Source of the DNA: Octopus vulgaris
Taxonomy: Eukaryota
Length of the DNA: 64,000 nucleotides
Direction: 5' to 3'
Assembly: GCA_951406725.2 (NCBI GenBank)
Contig: OX597838.1
Coordinates: 22,134,001 to 22,198,000 of the forward strand
Shown here piece by piece: positions 28,291 to 43,639 of this stretch. A model generated the notes under the pieces. The model was not told where the DNA came from. It worked only from the letters and a program-made list of their open reading frames with translations, and made no database searches. The translations under genes and the position numbers were made by a program. Numbering within the stretch: position 1 is the stretch's first letter; every line of letters starts with the position of its first letter.

Positions 28291-28544
28291 GTGTCTAATC
28301 CGGATTGTGTTTGTGTCTCCCTGTAAATGTATGTATACGTGAGTTCGTTTATCTTGTATGCGCTTATGACCGCATGAATGCTCTAACGCAACTATGGAGT
28401 AGCATACGCACACACACTAACACAAACACACAATACACACACACACAATACATACACACAATACACACAGACATACACACACACTCGACTGTGCATACAT
28501 CATACACGCTTACATTCATAAAACACAACGACGATAATAATGCC

Positions 28545-28598
<54 letters not shown>

Positions 28599-29646
28599 TA
28601 GGAGGAGGGGGGACAGAAAGGAGAAAATGTGTAAGCAGAGGAGGATGAAGAGGACGAGGGTGGAATGATCGAAAGAAGCAAGTGTTATTTACACATCGTA
28701 AAATGGATCCTCCGTCACTTTCAACGATGAATATTTCAGCTTGTTTCACACAACTGTCTACTCATTGATTTTCATAATTTTTGTTAACCCAATGCCCGCG
28801 TATCACACACACACACACACGCACGCACACACACACACACACACATACAGACACACGCACACAAGCAAACACACGAACACACACATGTACACATATGCAA
28901 ACGTTAACTTGACACATTATGTGACACAAGGCTGTTGCTTTAAATTAACATGTATTATCCATGCTGTATCACAATAACCGAAGTGGCTGAGTATCTCGCA
29001 AGCACTTGCAGAAGTGGCATAATAAACATGGGAGTCCGTTTCCCTAAGCCGATCCTTTTAATAAACAGGGCAGCCAACCCTACAGCTTCCGCACCGTCCC
29101 CGGTAGTAGCTTAGCTAGAAGAAAACAAGGCACAGCGGTGATCACCGGTGTCACTTTTGGGTCTGTTCTATGATAGTATAGAATAGGGTACTAGGAAGAG
29201 AGGCGGTAAAATCAAGGGTTTCCCCGGGTGGCACATGCACTCTAGCTACGCCCCCGGTTTCTATTAGTCCATTTTTTTTTTGTCCTAGGGCTTCTAGTCT
29301 GCACGAAGACTTGGTATGAGACGCTCTTAAACAAGAGACTCCACCCCTCACCCCAAGTACTATAATCGAAACCTGTTTCGGGGCCATAGCAAAAGACATT
29401 TCTCCAAGACGTTAGGATACAGGATCGAACCTGACAACGCCGGCCGACTCGATGCTAGGACATAAAAAATATTTTAATAAAATATGGTACTTGGTGAAAG
29501 CGTCGTGCAAGTGAATCGAACACGGAATTATAAAATGCCGAAGCAAACTTCTTAACCACTCAGCCACGACAACACAAGAATTAATAAACCGTGACCATAT
29601 AGGGAATTGAAATCGAATGACAAGCAACAACCGCGTACACATACAC

Positions 29647-29678
<32 letters not shown>

Positions 29679-29787
29679 CGCACTTACATATGTATAGATA
29701 TTCATAGTTTATATAATATATACTGTATCTACATATATGTGGGTATGCTTGTGTATGTGTGTGTATGTATATGTGTGTATATGTGTA

Positions 29788-29893
<106 letters not shown>

Positions 29894-29998
29894 TAGATAG
29901 ATAGAAAGATAGATAGATACACGTGCATATGTAAGTGCATACAGTGGTACATGCATATTCGCACCCTATAAATAATTTTCACACACGCACAGATTATG

Positions 29999-30050
<52 letters not shown>

Positions 30051-30107
30051 TATATGTATGTATCTATGTATTTATATATATATGTGTGTGTATATATATA
30101 TATATAT

Positions 30108-30240
30108 GTACGAAGGGCTTCTTTTAGTTTCCGTCTACCAATTCCACTCACGAACCGAGGTTACAAGAGAAGACACTTGCCCAAGGTGCCACGCAGTGTG
30201 ATTAAACCCGGAACCAAGCTTCTTATCACACAGCCACGCT
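30108..30240 (-). mobile_element. SINE family A, 5' half
   Basis: GAAGACACTTGCCCAAGGTGCCACGCAGTG. Confidence 0.8.
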
Positions 30241-30273
30241 TTGTAAGGGCATACGTACATACATACATACATT

Positions 30274-30311
<38 letters not shown>

Positions 30312-30445
30312 CACACACACATATATATATATATTTAGACATATACATATATATATATATATACATACATATATACATACATACATACATACATATATAC
30401 ATGCATACATACATACATACATATATACATACATACATACATACA

Positions 30446-30476
<31 letters not shown>

Positions 30477-30705
30477 GGTTGACTCAACCTAAGTGACAGT
30501 CAGATTTTGGGGGTCACATGTCAACGGGTGTATCCCTTACAGAAATGTCTAGCTCTGAACCCTAAGTTGTTGTTGCTGCTCTTAACGTTATCGCTGTTGT
30601 TGTTGTTATTGCTGCTGAATTTGTTATCGTCGTTGTTGCTGAATGTTTACGTAGCGAGGACTACAATGCCCTAACGAAACAAAATTCATATTATATATAC
30701 ATATG

Positions 30706-30748
<43 letters not shown>

Positions 30749-30818
30749 GTATTTATGTATGTATGTGTATGTGTATATGTATATATATATGTGTATGTAT
30801 ATATATATATATATAAAG

Positions 30819-30870
<52 letters not shown>

Positions 30871-31214
30871 AATGTATATGTATATGTATATGTATATATA
30901 ATAAATTAATAGATAAATTAAATATATGCATATATACACACATATATGTACGTACCTACCTCTACATGTATATATACATGCATATATGGGTGTACGTTTT
31001 ATATACATATGCGTGCTATTGTATATGTGCGTGTATGTGTTTATTTATGTATATATGCGCATACACACACACACATAGTTTTTTTTTTATATATAGGTGT
31101 ACAGGAGATTGTGTGTGTGTGTGTGTGTGTGACTGCATAGAACTGAATGACAAAAATAACAATGAAATACAAGTACACACCGTGTTCAACGGCAATATCA
31201 ACAACCACAGCGAT

Positions 31215-31401
31215 GATAATAATAATAATACTGATAATAATAAACATAATAATGATAATAATAATCATAATCATAATAATAATAATAATGATAATAATAA
31301 TAATAATAATCATAATCATAATAATATTAATAATTATCATAATCATAATCATAATCATAATAATAATAATAATAATAATGATAATAATAATAATAATAAT
31401 C

Positions 31402-31466
<65 letters not shown>

Positions 31467-31476
31467 CATAATAATC

Positions 31477-31513
<37 letters not shown>

Positions 31514-31529
31514 TAACAGTAGGATGATG

Positions 31530-31598
<69 letters not shown>
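31215..31598. repeat. (AAT/CAT)n microsatellite
   Basis: Visible array. Confidence 0.95.
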
Positions 31599-31600
<2 letters not shown>

Positions 31601-32114
31601 CAAACAAGAATGCAAAATGAAAATTACTCTACCTGGAATCATGTGTGGTTTCGGAGATATTAATCCTGTAATAAGATTTTCGCCGGGGGATTAACGGCTT
31701 GCTCCGCTCATACGGTCAGTGGTGATTTGTCAGAGTGTGGCCCACCTGTGGCCGCGCATGCACGCATTATGTACAACAAAACACAAGCACCCTCTACTTT
31801 TTTCTCTCTCTCTCTCACTGCCTTTCTCTGTGTTTGTGGCTTTGTTTCGCTCTCGCTCTCTCGCTCTCGCTCTATTTCTCTCTCTCTCGCTCTATTTCTC
31901 TCTCTCTCTTTCTATTTACTGTGGTTGTACGGAAAGTCCAACCACTCCAGACCGGTTCCTAGAATGATAACCGGGGCAGCTCGTCGTCGTATATTCCACG
32001 GTAAAGCAACCAACGTTCTCCAACCGTTCGCTTGTTTCTCTTCTTATGACACTCGGCACAGCTTGCCGACTGTCTGTCGACTGCCATACCTTGCCAACTT
32101 TATTATACAACCGC

Positions 32115-32116
32115 TC

Positions 32117-32154
<38 letters not shown>

Positions 32155-32263
32155 TTCGCTCTGCGTATGCGCGCGCGTGTGTATGTGCGCGCACTCTGGT
32201 TTTTGGCTCTCTTGCTATTTCTCTCTCTCTTACTCTCTCTCTCTCTCTTACTCTCTCTCTCAA

Positions 32264-32295
<32 letters not shown>

Positions 32296-32598
32296 GTACA
32301 TGCACCTCCTTTGTCTCTCTCTAGTTATCATTCGTTCTTTCTTTCTCTCTCTTTCTCTGTCTCTCTGTCACTCTTTCTGAGTATGTCTGTATATGTGTTT
32401 ACTTCTCTCTCCCTCTCCAACCTTTTCTCTCTCTCTCCCTCTCTCTCCCGCTCTCTCTCTCTCTCTCTCTCTCTCTCTAAGCTATGTTTCTCTCTCTTTG
32501 TCTTTGAGTGTATGTGTATGTGTGCGCCCCGCTCTGTCTCTTTTCCCCTCTCTCTCTCTCTCTTTCTGACTATGTATATATGCTTGTGCCTAGCTCTG

Positions 32599-32650
<52 letters not shown>

Positions 32651-32779
32651 GCTCTCTTACTCTGTCTGATGAGATCCGTCTCACTCTGTCTCACTATCAC
32701 TCTCTCTCTCACTCTCCCCTCTCACTCTTCACTGCATCTCACTACCAGCCACTACTCCCCTCTCGATAAAATTACCACC

Positions 32780-32810
<31 letters not shown>

Positions 32811-32830
32811 ATCCTCTGTTTCTCTCGCTG
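32115..32830. repeat. Long (CT)n-rich polypyrimidine tract
   Basis: Visible array. Confidence 0.9.
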
Positions 32831-33438
32831 CATATGTTTGTGTGTGTTCTTACGTGCGTGCACCCGTTCTCGAGTGCCAGAGCGTGCGAGTGCGCCCGTG
32901 TGTGTATGCGTTTGTATGCTTGTACTGTGTAGTTACATATTTTATATGTATATAGCTGTATCTATATATGAATATCTATTTATCAATCGATTAATCAACA
33001 CACACACACTTATATATATATATATATATATAAAGCACACATACTTATATATATATATACATAATTAATACCAAATTAATAAATAAAACATATGCATACA
33101 TACATATATGTACATACCTATATCTATATGCATATATACATGCATATATGGGTACAGGACACAAAAAAAAAACGTAGAACACAGCGAGAAACGAAAACAT
33201 AAAAACAAAAACATGGAAACGGACTTTTTCAAACAACGAAAAAAAAACAGAGTACAAGACATACAACACAAGGAATATTCCCCTTCTTCAGCTGCCCCTG
33301 CTTCGACTATTCCGTGTTTCGAGAGAAGGCGGGGGGGGTCGATATGTTCAACTAAAAAGGCGGTGCTCCAGCACAGCCACAGTCAATTGCCTGTAACAAG
33401 TAAAAACAAGGAAAGAAAACATGAATATACATGCATTT

Positions 33439-33489
<51 letters not shown>

Positions 33490-33515
33490 ATTATGTATAT
33501 ATACAATTATAATAT

Positions 33516-33605
<90 letters not shown>

Positions 33606-33649
33606 TGTATGTATATTCATGATTGTCTACGTATGATTATTTTTCTTTC

Positions 33650-34045
<396 letters not shown>

Positions 34046-34074
34046 CGTTCTTATTAATGCTTAGTAGGACCTTG

Positions 34075-34232
34075 GTTGGAGAGCTGGCATAACCGTTAGC
34101 ACGCCGGGCAAAATGCCTTTCGGTTCGTCTTCACGTTTTGAGATCAACTTCAGCCGAGGTCGGCTTTGCCCATCCACCTTTCGGGGTCGATAGATTATGT
34201 ACCAGTGTAACATTGGGGTCGATGGAATCGAA
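34075..34232 (+). mobile_element. SINE family B, diverged
   Basis: GAGCTGGCA..GTTAGCACGCCGGGC..CCTTTCGGGGTCGATA. Confidence 0.8.
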
Positions 34233-34288
34233 TATATACATATTTACACGTCTCCACACACTCACACACACACATACACACACACACT

Positions 34289-34322
<34 letters not shown>

Positions 34323-34509
34323 TATAATTCACTATACGCGCGCGCGCTGACCGCTAATTCCTTTGCGTGCTGCCCTCCTCTCTACAGCATTCAACAGTTA
34401 TCTTTCCTCGTATTACACAATTTAAACACACCTTGACTACTTTCAAGCTACCGCCTATCTTTATCTCTTCGTCTCTTTTCTCTCTTTCTCTCTTTTTTTC
34501 TCTCCTTTT

Positions 34510-34551
34510 TTCTATCTATCTATTTATCTATCTATCCCTCTATGTATTTAT

Positions 34552-34625
<74 letters not shown>

Positions 34626-34730
34626 CTCTATCTATCTATTCATTTATCTATCTATCTTTCTATTCATCTATCTATCTGTTTATCTATCTATGTATCTTTT
34701 TATCTATCTATCTATCTATTTATCTGTCTG

Positions 34731-34807
<77 letters not shown>

Positions 34808-34910
34808 TCATTTATCTATCTATCTTTCTATTCATCTATCTATCTATTTATCTATCTATTTATTTATCTATTTATTTATTTATCTATCTATATTTCTGTC
34901 TATCTGTCCA
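34510..34910. repeat. (TATC)n microsatellite
   Basis: Visible array. Confidence 0.95.
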
Positions 34911-35379
34911 TCTAACCTCTCTCCTTTTGCTTCTCTCACCTTGCTCTCTCTTTCACCTTCTTCTCATGATCCATCTTGAGAACCGAGAGCGATTATAAAG
35001 GGTCACTACTTAATGTTACAAGTCAATGTGCCCGACACTCTACCGATTCTACTGAGTAGGCCTTCTCATTCATCCCCTTTGCATCACCATTAACAATATC
35101 CTGACACCACAGCCAGCATGACCCTATGCTACGTCTACGGTTCGATCTGCTAGATATAGCAGCCAAATTTTCTCATATCACATAGTAAGATCGTGGGTGT
35201 GTTAAGAACGCTTTCAGTAATGTAGTTGAGTATACCCTTAAACTATGCGGGGGTGGCCAATGATAGATTGCCTTCGATCATCGATCAATAAGTCTGATAG
35301 ATCGAGGTTTACCTAGAACTAAACGACAATAACAGGAATAACTGTACCACCGCCGCCGCCGCTCCAGTAACAACAGCAT

Positions 35380-36240
35380 CACAACCAACACTTGACCATC
35401 ACCACCACCACCACCACCACCACCACCACCACCACCGTCGGCAATAGCAGCAGCATCACCATCGCTATCATCGCCATCACCATCATCACCATCATCACCA
35501 CCACCATCATCATCCTCACCGACATCATCACGACCATCACCATCATCATCATCATCATCATCAACACCTCCACCACCACTACCACAACCATCATTACCAT
35601 CACCATCAGCGCCATCCCCGCCAACATGGTCGCCGCCGTCCCCACCACCACTATCACCATCGCTACCAACACCATCATCGTCCCGTCACCATCATCAATG
35701 CCACCACCATCACCACCACCACCACCACCATCACCACCAATATCACCATAATCGCCCAACCATCTGCACCACCATCACCGTCACCACTTCGACCATCATC
35801 ATCAACATCACCATCACCACGAGCATCATCCTCTCAACACTACCGTCATTAACACGACCACCATTATCGCCCCGTTACCATCATCACGGCCTCTACTACC
35901 ACACCACTACCACCACAAACACCTCTGCCATCACTACCACAACAACCACCACCACTACCACCATCACCGCCTTTGCCACCACCACCACTACCGCCACAAA
36001 CACCTATGCCATCAGTAACACAACAACCACCATCACCGCCTTTGCCACAACCACCACCACCACCACCACCATCACCGCCTTTGCCGCCACCACCACCACC
36101 ACCATCACCGCCTTTGCCACCATCACCACCACCACCACCATCACCGCCTTTGCCGCCACCACCACCATCACCCATCACCGCCTTTGCCACCACCACCACC
36201 ACCACCATCACCGCCTTTGCCGCCACCACCATCACCTCCC
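35380..36240. repeat. (ACC/ATC)n tract with CCATCACCGCCTTTGCC higher-order unit
   Basis: Visible array; source of the Pro- and Gly-rich ORFs. Confidence 0.9.
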
Positions 36241-36534
36241 TCCACTCTCATTTACCTAACACTAGATTGCTTTTTATTTTAAGGGAGTTCAATCTGTTGC
36301 AACTGATCGAACCAGATCTACACGTACGTTTTATTGATCTCGGTAATTTTTTATTTGTAGGTGATCGAACCAAGCGATCAGTCCCATCGATCGAACGACC
36401 TGGCAGCGACGCTTTAGAATATGCACGACAGGGACTTCGTGGTCTGCAACAATCGCAATATGAGCGTTAGTTTTAGGGAAACCCGAAAGGACCAATGACA
36501 TAGCAGCACTTCACCTCACTAATATCTCCAATAT

Positions 36535-36660
36535 GACTGTGGTTAGAGCTGCGGACTCGCGGTCGAGGGATCGCCGGTTCGAATCTCAGACCGGGCGATG
36601 TGTGTGTGTTTATGAGCGAAACACCTAAGCTCAACGCGGCTCCAGCAGAAGGTGATCGCG
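36535..36660 (+). mobile_element. SINE head C fragment
   Basis: GTGGTTAGAGCTGCGGACTCGCGGTCG..GGTTCGAATCTCAGACCGGGCG. Confidence 0.8.
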
Positions 36661-36748
36661 AACTGTTCACTGACAAAAATCCGTGCTGCAATTGTTTTCG
36701 TTCCAGCACACGATCTCAGATCAAATCACTTGCTATGCGAGTACATCT

Positions 36749-36842
<94 letters not shown>

Positions 36843-36843
<1 letters not shown>

Positions 36844-37897
36844 TGTGTCTTGAATGGCACAACAATGCACTATAATAACTGTTTTAATTTAATTATTCAT
36901 AGTCTGATATAATATTTCGGAATATAAAAATTCCTTCAGATATTGCTAGGAATTGATCGAGTCACTGCTATAATCAGTTTTCCAACGATTTTTTTTCCGG
37001 AAGCGTCTCTGCAGTGGTCTCACGAAGCTCCTTACGGAATTCCTCATGAGAAATGCGTGAGGGCGGCCATGTCTCAAGTCCGTGTGTGCTGTCACATCCG
37101 TAGCGCTGCTTCTAAGTTATGCATTATACGTGCAGTTTCCTTCTTTTTTTTTCTTTCTTTATTTTTTATAAATAATACATGAGCATGTTATAAAAAATGA
37201 ACTTACACGCATCCAGATGTAGTTAAATAATATATTGGCTGCCAGCCTCCAGCCTGTTGTTAATTTGAGGCCCTAATCAGTCAATGAGTATAGCTTCCTT
37301 AATTCTTAGATTACCCAAATTTCTTTCATTTTCTTTCATTGTGACTGTCATGCTTTTGCATCTGTCTAGATGTTTTCTAAAGGAGGAGGCTCTTGTTTTC
37401 AGATATCCTTTGATGCGAATGTATAACGGTCTTGTTGTGCTACCCACATAGAACTTGTTGCATTTGTTACATTGTATTTTATACACAACATTAACCCGTT
37501 GGCATAAATCTGTGTCACTGATGGGGCAGTTTGCCAGTGTGCATTGATCGCTGTCCCTTGCTCGCTTCTTTGCTAAGTGTCTTTTCAGAGAGGGGCCGGA
37601 GTGGGCTAGTTGTATGTCTAGTCCTCTTTTTATGGCTCTTCGGATGGCTGTAGTTATCCTCTCGCTAAAATGGGGTATTTTAAGGAAGCATATGTTACTG
37701 GGTTTTCTGTGTGTTCGACGTGTTGTCGTCCTGGATACTTAAGCCGATTTACAATGGATATAAGGTACCCGTTGGTTTTCAATATCTCTAGGAAGCGTGT
37801 GTGTGTCACCCTGTCCTCTGTCCTGCTGCACTTGCCCTGGATGCGTGCAAGTTCATTTCTTGCGTATCTTATTTTGGCACCGAGTGGAAGTGCTGAA
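36843..37897 (-). mobile_element. 5'-truncated Penelope-like element (RT thumb, Cys linker, GIY-YIG endonuclease, 3' pLTR)
   Basis: ILKTNGY, CTLANCP..LCQRVNVVYKIQCNKCNKFYVGSTTRPLYIRIK..LRIKEAILI..PQINNR; degenerate hammerhead at 36907-36943 on the same strand. Confidence 0.9.
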
Positions 37898-37899
37898 TT

Positions 37900-38028
37900 G
37901 TATGTATGTATGTATGTATGTATGTATGTATGTATGTATGTATGTATGTATGTATGTATGTATGTATGTATGTATGTATGTATGTATGTATGTATGCATG
38001 TATATATGCATGCATGTATGTATGTATG

Positions 38029-38062
<34 letters not shown>

Positions 38063-38330
38063 TGTATGTTTGTATGTATGTATGTATGTATGTATGTATG
38101 TATGCATGCATGCATGTATGTATGTATGTATGTATATATGTATATATGTATGCATGTATGTATGTATGTAAGTATGTATATATGTATGTATGTATGTATG
38201 CATGCATGTATGTATGTATGTATGTATGTATGTATGTATGTATGTATGTATGCATGCATGCATGCATGTATGTATGTATGTATGTATGTATGTATGTATG
38301 TATGTATGTATGCGTGTATACGCATGTACA
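37900..38330. repeat. (TATG)n microsatellite
   Basis: Visible array. Confidence 0.95.
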
Positions 38331-38849
38331 TATGGATAGATGGATAAATGAATGGATGGATGGATGGTTGGATGGATGAATGGAGTGAGAGGAAGATGGC
38401 CGTACACAGCAGCATACGACTTGTCAAAGGGTTTCTTTTCGCTCAGAACGCTTTATGCGTTTGCTTGTTTTATCGATACATTTACGATGGCGTAATTGTT
38501 TGGCGTAAGAAGAATGAGCAGTACTGCAATGAGCAGCCGGAAAGTTGCGGAATGTAGCGGAAAGTAACGGAAAAATAAAGGAAACAAGCGGGATATAGAG
38601 ACTGCCTAATCATGCATAATATGAAATAATGCAAAATAATCGTTTAAAGTGAGATCAAATAACAAATAATCGCCAGTCAGTAATTCTTGTCGAAATACAT
38701 TGATTATTTGGGAATCTCTTTCGTTTCTGGCCGATATATATATTCTATGTATGCATGGATGTATTTCAATATATATATATGTGTGTGTGTGAGAGAGAGA
38801 GAGAAAATGAAATGGCGAAGGTAAAGACGTTTATGTTATTAAATCCATT

Positions 38850-38930
38850 AGCTTACGGCTGTTTCTGCTATAAGATGCAATACACTTATAATTTAATGCC
38901 TGAATAACATCCTATAGCTTCATCGGAGCC
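38850..38930 (-). ncRNA. Hammerhead motif, family K (long stem II)
   Basis: Minus strand GGCT-CCGATGA-A-GCTATAGGATG..CATCTTATAGC-A-GAAA-CAGCCG-TA-AGCT. Confidence 0.7.
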
Positions 38931-39024
38931 TCGAATATGAAGTGCTCTTTATTTGGGTATAAGAATTCCACTTGTGCAGTATATAAGGAAACGCATTATA
39001 CTTGTGCAGTATATAAGGAAACGC

Positions 39025-39062
<38 letters not shown>

Positions 39063-39064
39063 TA

Positions 39065-39750
39065 CGAGGGAGAGTCAAAAATTATACGCACTCCTGTTGT
39101 TTCAATGTTTTACACAAAAGCAGAGGATAAGCAAGAACGTCATTTTTCTATATAGTCTCCTTCCTTTTCGATGCATTTGGTCCAGTTGTCCACAAGTTAG
39201 TGTATTCCCTTCAAGAAGAAGGTTTTCCGTTGGTCGCGCACCGCTTCCTTCACATCTTCATCCGTAGGAAATCGATGACCTCGAAAACCATATTTGAGCG
39301 CTCCAAAGATGATAGTCGGAAGGGGCGAGATCTGGACTGTAGGTAGGTTGTTCCAGCACGTCAAAACCCAACTGGTAAACGGTTTCAACGGTCTGGGTGA
39401 CCGTATGTGAGCGTACTTTGTCATGCAACAAGGTTCGGCGTTTGGTGCGAATTGCTGGTTTCAGTTTGTTTCCAGCAAAGCCCTGTGCCTTGCACTTTTG
39501 ATCGTACACCTCTTTTCCAGAAAGTTCCGGTACAGGCCCTTTTGAGCCCCCCCCCCCCAAGGTTAACGTGACCTTTCGTGCAGAAGGTTTGGTCCTCTTC
39601 GCCGCTGGTGAGGTAGGATGTTTCCACTCCATATCCTGTCTTTTGGATTCTGCCACATAATGATGAACCCTCGTTTCATCTCTTGCGACTATTCTGCTCA
39701 AAGATTCTTCGGCCTCATTGTTGTAGCGATCAAATAAACGTTGTCAGGCC
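39065..39750 (-). mobile_element. Mariner (irritans-like) transposase pseudogene, 3' half with one TIR
   Basis: TA|CGAGGGAGAGTCAAAA terminus; IVARDETRVHHY, LLHD and YSPDLAPSDYHL motifs. Confidence 0.9.
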
Positions 39751-41150
39751 TCAAATCATCTTGTCAACATTTCTCTGGTCTTGGTATCCATTTTCATCAC
39801 TTCTATCTTTTGCGATCTTATAATTCCCGCTCCATACCGAACTGCTTGGATTGTATTCAACCCAGTCAATTTTGAGCGCAACACCAACCTTAGTCTTTGG
39901 AAATACTCCATCCTCAGTTGCTTGCTCATTTCCTTTTCCATTATCTCGCTGAACTCCAATACACCAAGACATTTGTATCCTTCCGTTTCAATTTGTTTAA
40001 TTAAGTCTCTATTCGGTAATTCTATCCTTCATAGGGACTGTAACTTGCTCTTTTTAGGTAGATTATTCTGCACTTCTTGAGTCCAAATTCCATTCTAATA
40101 TCAGTACTAAAACAGTGGACCGTGTTCACCAAGGAACTCACTTGCGTCTCATCTTTGTCAGACAGTTTCAAATCATTCATGAAGAAGAGGTGGTTGGTTG
40201 TTTGGGATTTTCCCTTTAGTTGGTACCCCAGGTTCATTTTACTAAGTACCATGATCAGGGGTATCATGCAGAGAACAAAAAGCAACGAAAATAAGCTATC
40301 ACCCTGGGAAAACCCTCTTCTTATTTCTTTACTGCCTATAAAGGTCTACACACAAACAAGGACAGACAAAGGGATAAAGTCGATTACATCGAACCCAGTG
40401 CGTAACTGGTACTTATGTTGATTATATCGACCCCAGTGCGTAACTGGTACTTAATTTATCAACCCCGAAAGGATGAAAGGCAAAGTCAACCCCGGCGGAA
40501 TTTGAACTCAGAACGTAATGGCAGACGAAATACCTATTTCTTTACTACCCACAAGGGGCTAAACACAGAAGGGACAAACAAGGACAGACAAACGTAACTG
40601 GTACTTAATTTATCGACCCCAAAAGGATGAAAGGCAATGTCGACCTCGGCGGAATTTGAACACAGAACGCAACGGCAGACGAACTACCGCTAAGCATTTC
40701 GCTCGGCGTGCTAACGTTTCTGCCAGCTCGCCGCCTTAACCCTCTTCTGAAACTCAGGGTGCCTAATCTTTTTCCGTAAGATGTTGGTTCAGTTTTCTAC
40801 CCCACCATTCTTCTCTTCAGGTAACACGTTACATTCCTCGCAATTCCAAACAAACCTAGGCACTCGATGATCCACGAATGTGGAATCATATCACAAACTT
40901 TGCGACAGTCAATCCAAGCCATTCCCAAACGTGTTCTTCGTTTACAATCTTGCATTACCATTTTGTCTACCGATATTTGATCTTTGGTACATCTGCATCT
41001 CGTTCTACAGCCTTTTTGTTCCGTCGGTAATATATCGTTCACATCAAGAAATTTGTACAGTTCTTCTGCAATTCCTCCTGACAGTAGCTTCCACATTAAT
41101 TGGAGGCAAGAAATTGGTCTGTAATTGTTATCATTATTTTTGGTCTGCAA
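39751..41150 (-). mobile_element. R4/Dong-clade LINE RT fragment, interrupted by SINE B
   Basis: [65 protein letters not shown]. Confidence 0.88.
40322..40737 (-). mobile_element. SINE family B multimer with 11-bp TSD
   Basis: AACCCTCTTCT at 40311-40321 and 40738-40748; two core modules. Confidence 0.92.
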
Positions 41151-41166
41151 TTAATATTATTATTAT

Positions 41167-41357
41167 TCAGTAGTTTTATTTTTATAACGTGCTTTCACTT
41201 CACTACCGAGCGCAGCTCTGTGTGCCTTGGGTATGTGCTGTGGTTTGCTGTGATGCTCTTATTTTCAATGTATTGAAAGTATTTTACGTAGGATGTGTGC
41301 AATGCCCAGTAGTGCAGTGTGTGCAGTGCCCAGTAGTGCATTATGTGCAGTGCCCAT
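41167..41357 (-). mobile_element. 3' end of R4/Dong-like LINE inside (TAA)n
   Basis: Minus strand ALLGIAHILRKILSIH* plus 3' UTR; (AAT)n on both sides. Confidence 0.8.
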
Positions 41358-41367
41358 ATTATTATTA

Positions 41368-41509
<142 letters not shown>

Positions 41510-42227
41510 TGTTGTTGTTGTTACTGCTGTTGTAATATTTCTGTTAACTCGGTTCGAAATCATAACCAGGTGTATACATATCAAGTGCTCCTATCAAGTC
41601 ACATGATTCCAGGTAGAGACTCACCATTGCAGGAAGCTAACAGTTCCAAGAAGTGCAGACTTCTGTAAATAAACAACGTTAGGCGATATATTTAGCTTGT
41701 TGATGTATGCTACTAACCTGTTAGGAATGGAGCCAAGCGTACCAATTATTATTGGTTCTCCTTAAATTTGTTTATTTCACATTCTTAAAATTTCCAACAG
41801 AAGCTCCAATTAGTTATCATTCCCCCCCTCTCCGCTCGCAAGCTATATCGGGGTCATCTAGAATGAAAACTTCAATAATGTAACACTTCTGTGTTTCATC
41901 TCAAACCAGCAATATGCGATCAAAGGTTTTCTATCAGTCCATCTGTAAATACCAACCAGGCACGCCGTCGTTAATGGACGTATAAAACATTAAGCAAATT
42001 CGCATCAAAATTTTTATATTGCGTACTTTTGTCGAGTACAACCAGTCGATACCACTGTCCTGAGAGGTCAACAGGTGGTCACGTTTAATGCTCTCGTGTA
42101 CAGTAATTCAGAGAAAGAAATTTACGAGATACACCGGAGTTTCTAAGAGATGGCAGTCTACTACTACAATCTCAGAAATACCATTAAAGAGAAGAAAAAT
42201 TAATATAGGGGCGATAACTGAAAAGAA

Positions 42228-42286
<59 letters not shown>

Positions 42287-42287
42287 A

Positions 42288-42677
42288 TGGATGGAAGCAC
42301 TCCGTCGGTTACGACGACGAGGGTTCCGGTTGATCCGAATCAACGGAACAGCCTGCTCGTGAAATTAACGTGTAAGTGGCTGAGCATTCCACAGACACGT
42401 GTACCCTTAACGTAGTTCTCGGGGATATTCAGCGTGACACAGAGAGTGACAAGGCCGGCCCTTTGAAATACAGGTACAACAGAAACAGGAAGTAAGAGTG
42501 AGAGAAAGTTGTGGTGAAAGAGTACAGCAGGAATCACCACCATCCCCTGTCGGAGCCTCGTGGAGCTTTAGGTGTTTTCGCTCAATAAACACTCACAACG
42601 CCCGGTCTGGGAATCGAAACCGCGATCCTATGACCGCGAGTCTGCTGCCCTAACTACTGGGCCATTGCGCCTCCACA
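42288..42677 (-). mobile_element. SINE family C, full length
   Basis: Reverse complement of the 21705 copy. Confidence 0.95.
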
Positions 42678-42812
42678 ATATAATATAATATAATATAATA
42701 TCCCTATATATATCCCTACGTATATCACATCTATTTTCTTTTCTTTCCTCTGCCTCACTCTCTATTTTATATCTCATCTAAATTAACTATTTTTTAACCA
42801 TCCTCTCACACC

Positions 42813-42860
42813 GTCTCCGATGAAGCGATATAATAAATATCCTGGAAACAGCTGTAAGAC
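42813..42860 (+). ncRNA. Hammerhead motif, family K
   Basis: GTCT-CCGATGA-AGC-GATAT.aataa.ATATC-CTG-GAAA-CAGCTG-TA-AGAC; palindromic stem III. Confidence 0.7.
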
Positions 42861-43137
42861 CTTCTATCTATAAATGTTCTAAACTCTACACAGCCTTGGT
42901 TTTTTTTTATTTCATTCCATTTCTAAATCTCTCGAAAAGATTCATGCAGTAGCAGCACGATAAAGTGATGGTTCGTTGCCAACTTAATATGGCAGTCCCA
43001 GGAAAGGGAAAAATGCTACTGCTTTTTAACCCAACCCCAAGAAACACCATTTCTTGTAGACTATGTGACGTAAGAGTTCTGTGTTCTTAAGTTTTCAGAA
43101 ATGGGAGATAAGCACCTCCATCCAACAAAGCAAGCAA

Positions 43138-43178
43138 CCAGAGACTAGTTTCAGGGTAGTTGCTCTTCATCAGTCTGG
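43138..43178 (-). ncRNA. Canonical-core minimal hammerhead with GUC site
   Basis: Minus strand CCAGA-CTGATGA-AGAG.caacta.CCCT-GAAA-CTAG-TC-TCTGG. Confidence 0.8.
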
Positions 43179-43639
43179 AGTAGATTGGTTTTGCTAGCTG
43201 TCGGTGTTAAATCGCAGTTGAAAACATAGAATTTCAAGTGAAATAAATTCACTGATCTCTTGTCTGTGGAGTGCTCAGTCACTTGCACGTTAATCTCACA
43301 AACAACCCTGGTTGTCGTAAGCGACGGAGAGCCAGTGTGTGTGTGTGTATGTGTCTGTATCCATTTATCTCTCTATTTACTTGTCTATCAATACAACCTA
43401 TACCAAAAGAACGGGGTGGAGTTCTTAGGATGTATGCACAGGAGATAAATTAATGTATACCTCAGTAATCAAGTCTAAATAACATTGGGTCTACTACAAT
43501 AGAACCCCTATTAAGTTACATACATTGGTTAAGGAATAAGTGACTAGTAGATTACACAACAAATAATTTCAGAGGGAGTTGATGGCATTTATACGTTAAT
43601 AACATCTAAAAATATTAGTTCAATCAAAGTAAGTCAGCA

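Noticed and set aside
33270-33330. Possible permuted (type II) hammerhead on the minus strand
   Set aside because: GAAA and CTGAAGA are present, but there is no UH cleavage site or stem I.
35864-36470. Pro-rich formin-like and Gly-rich ORFs
   Set aside because: Derived from an ACC-based minisatellite; no flanking domain or splice support.
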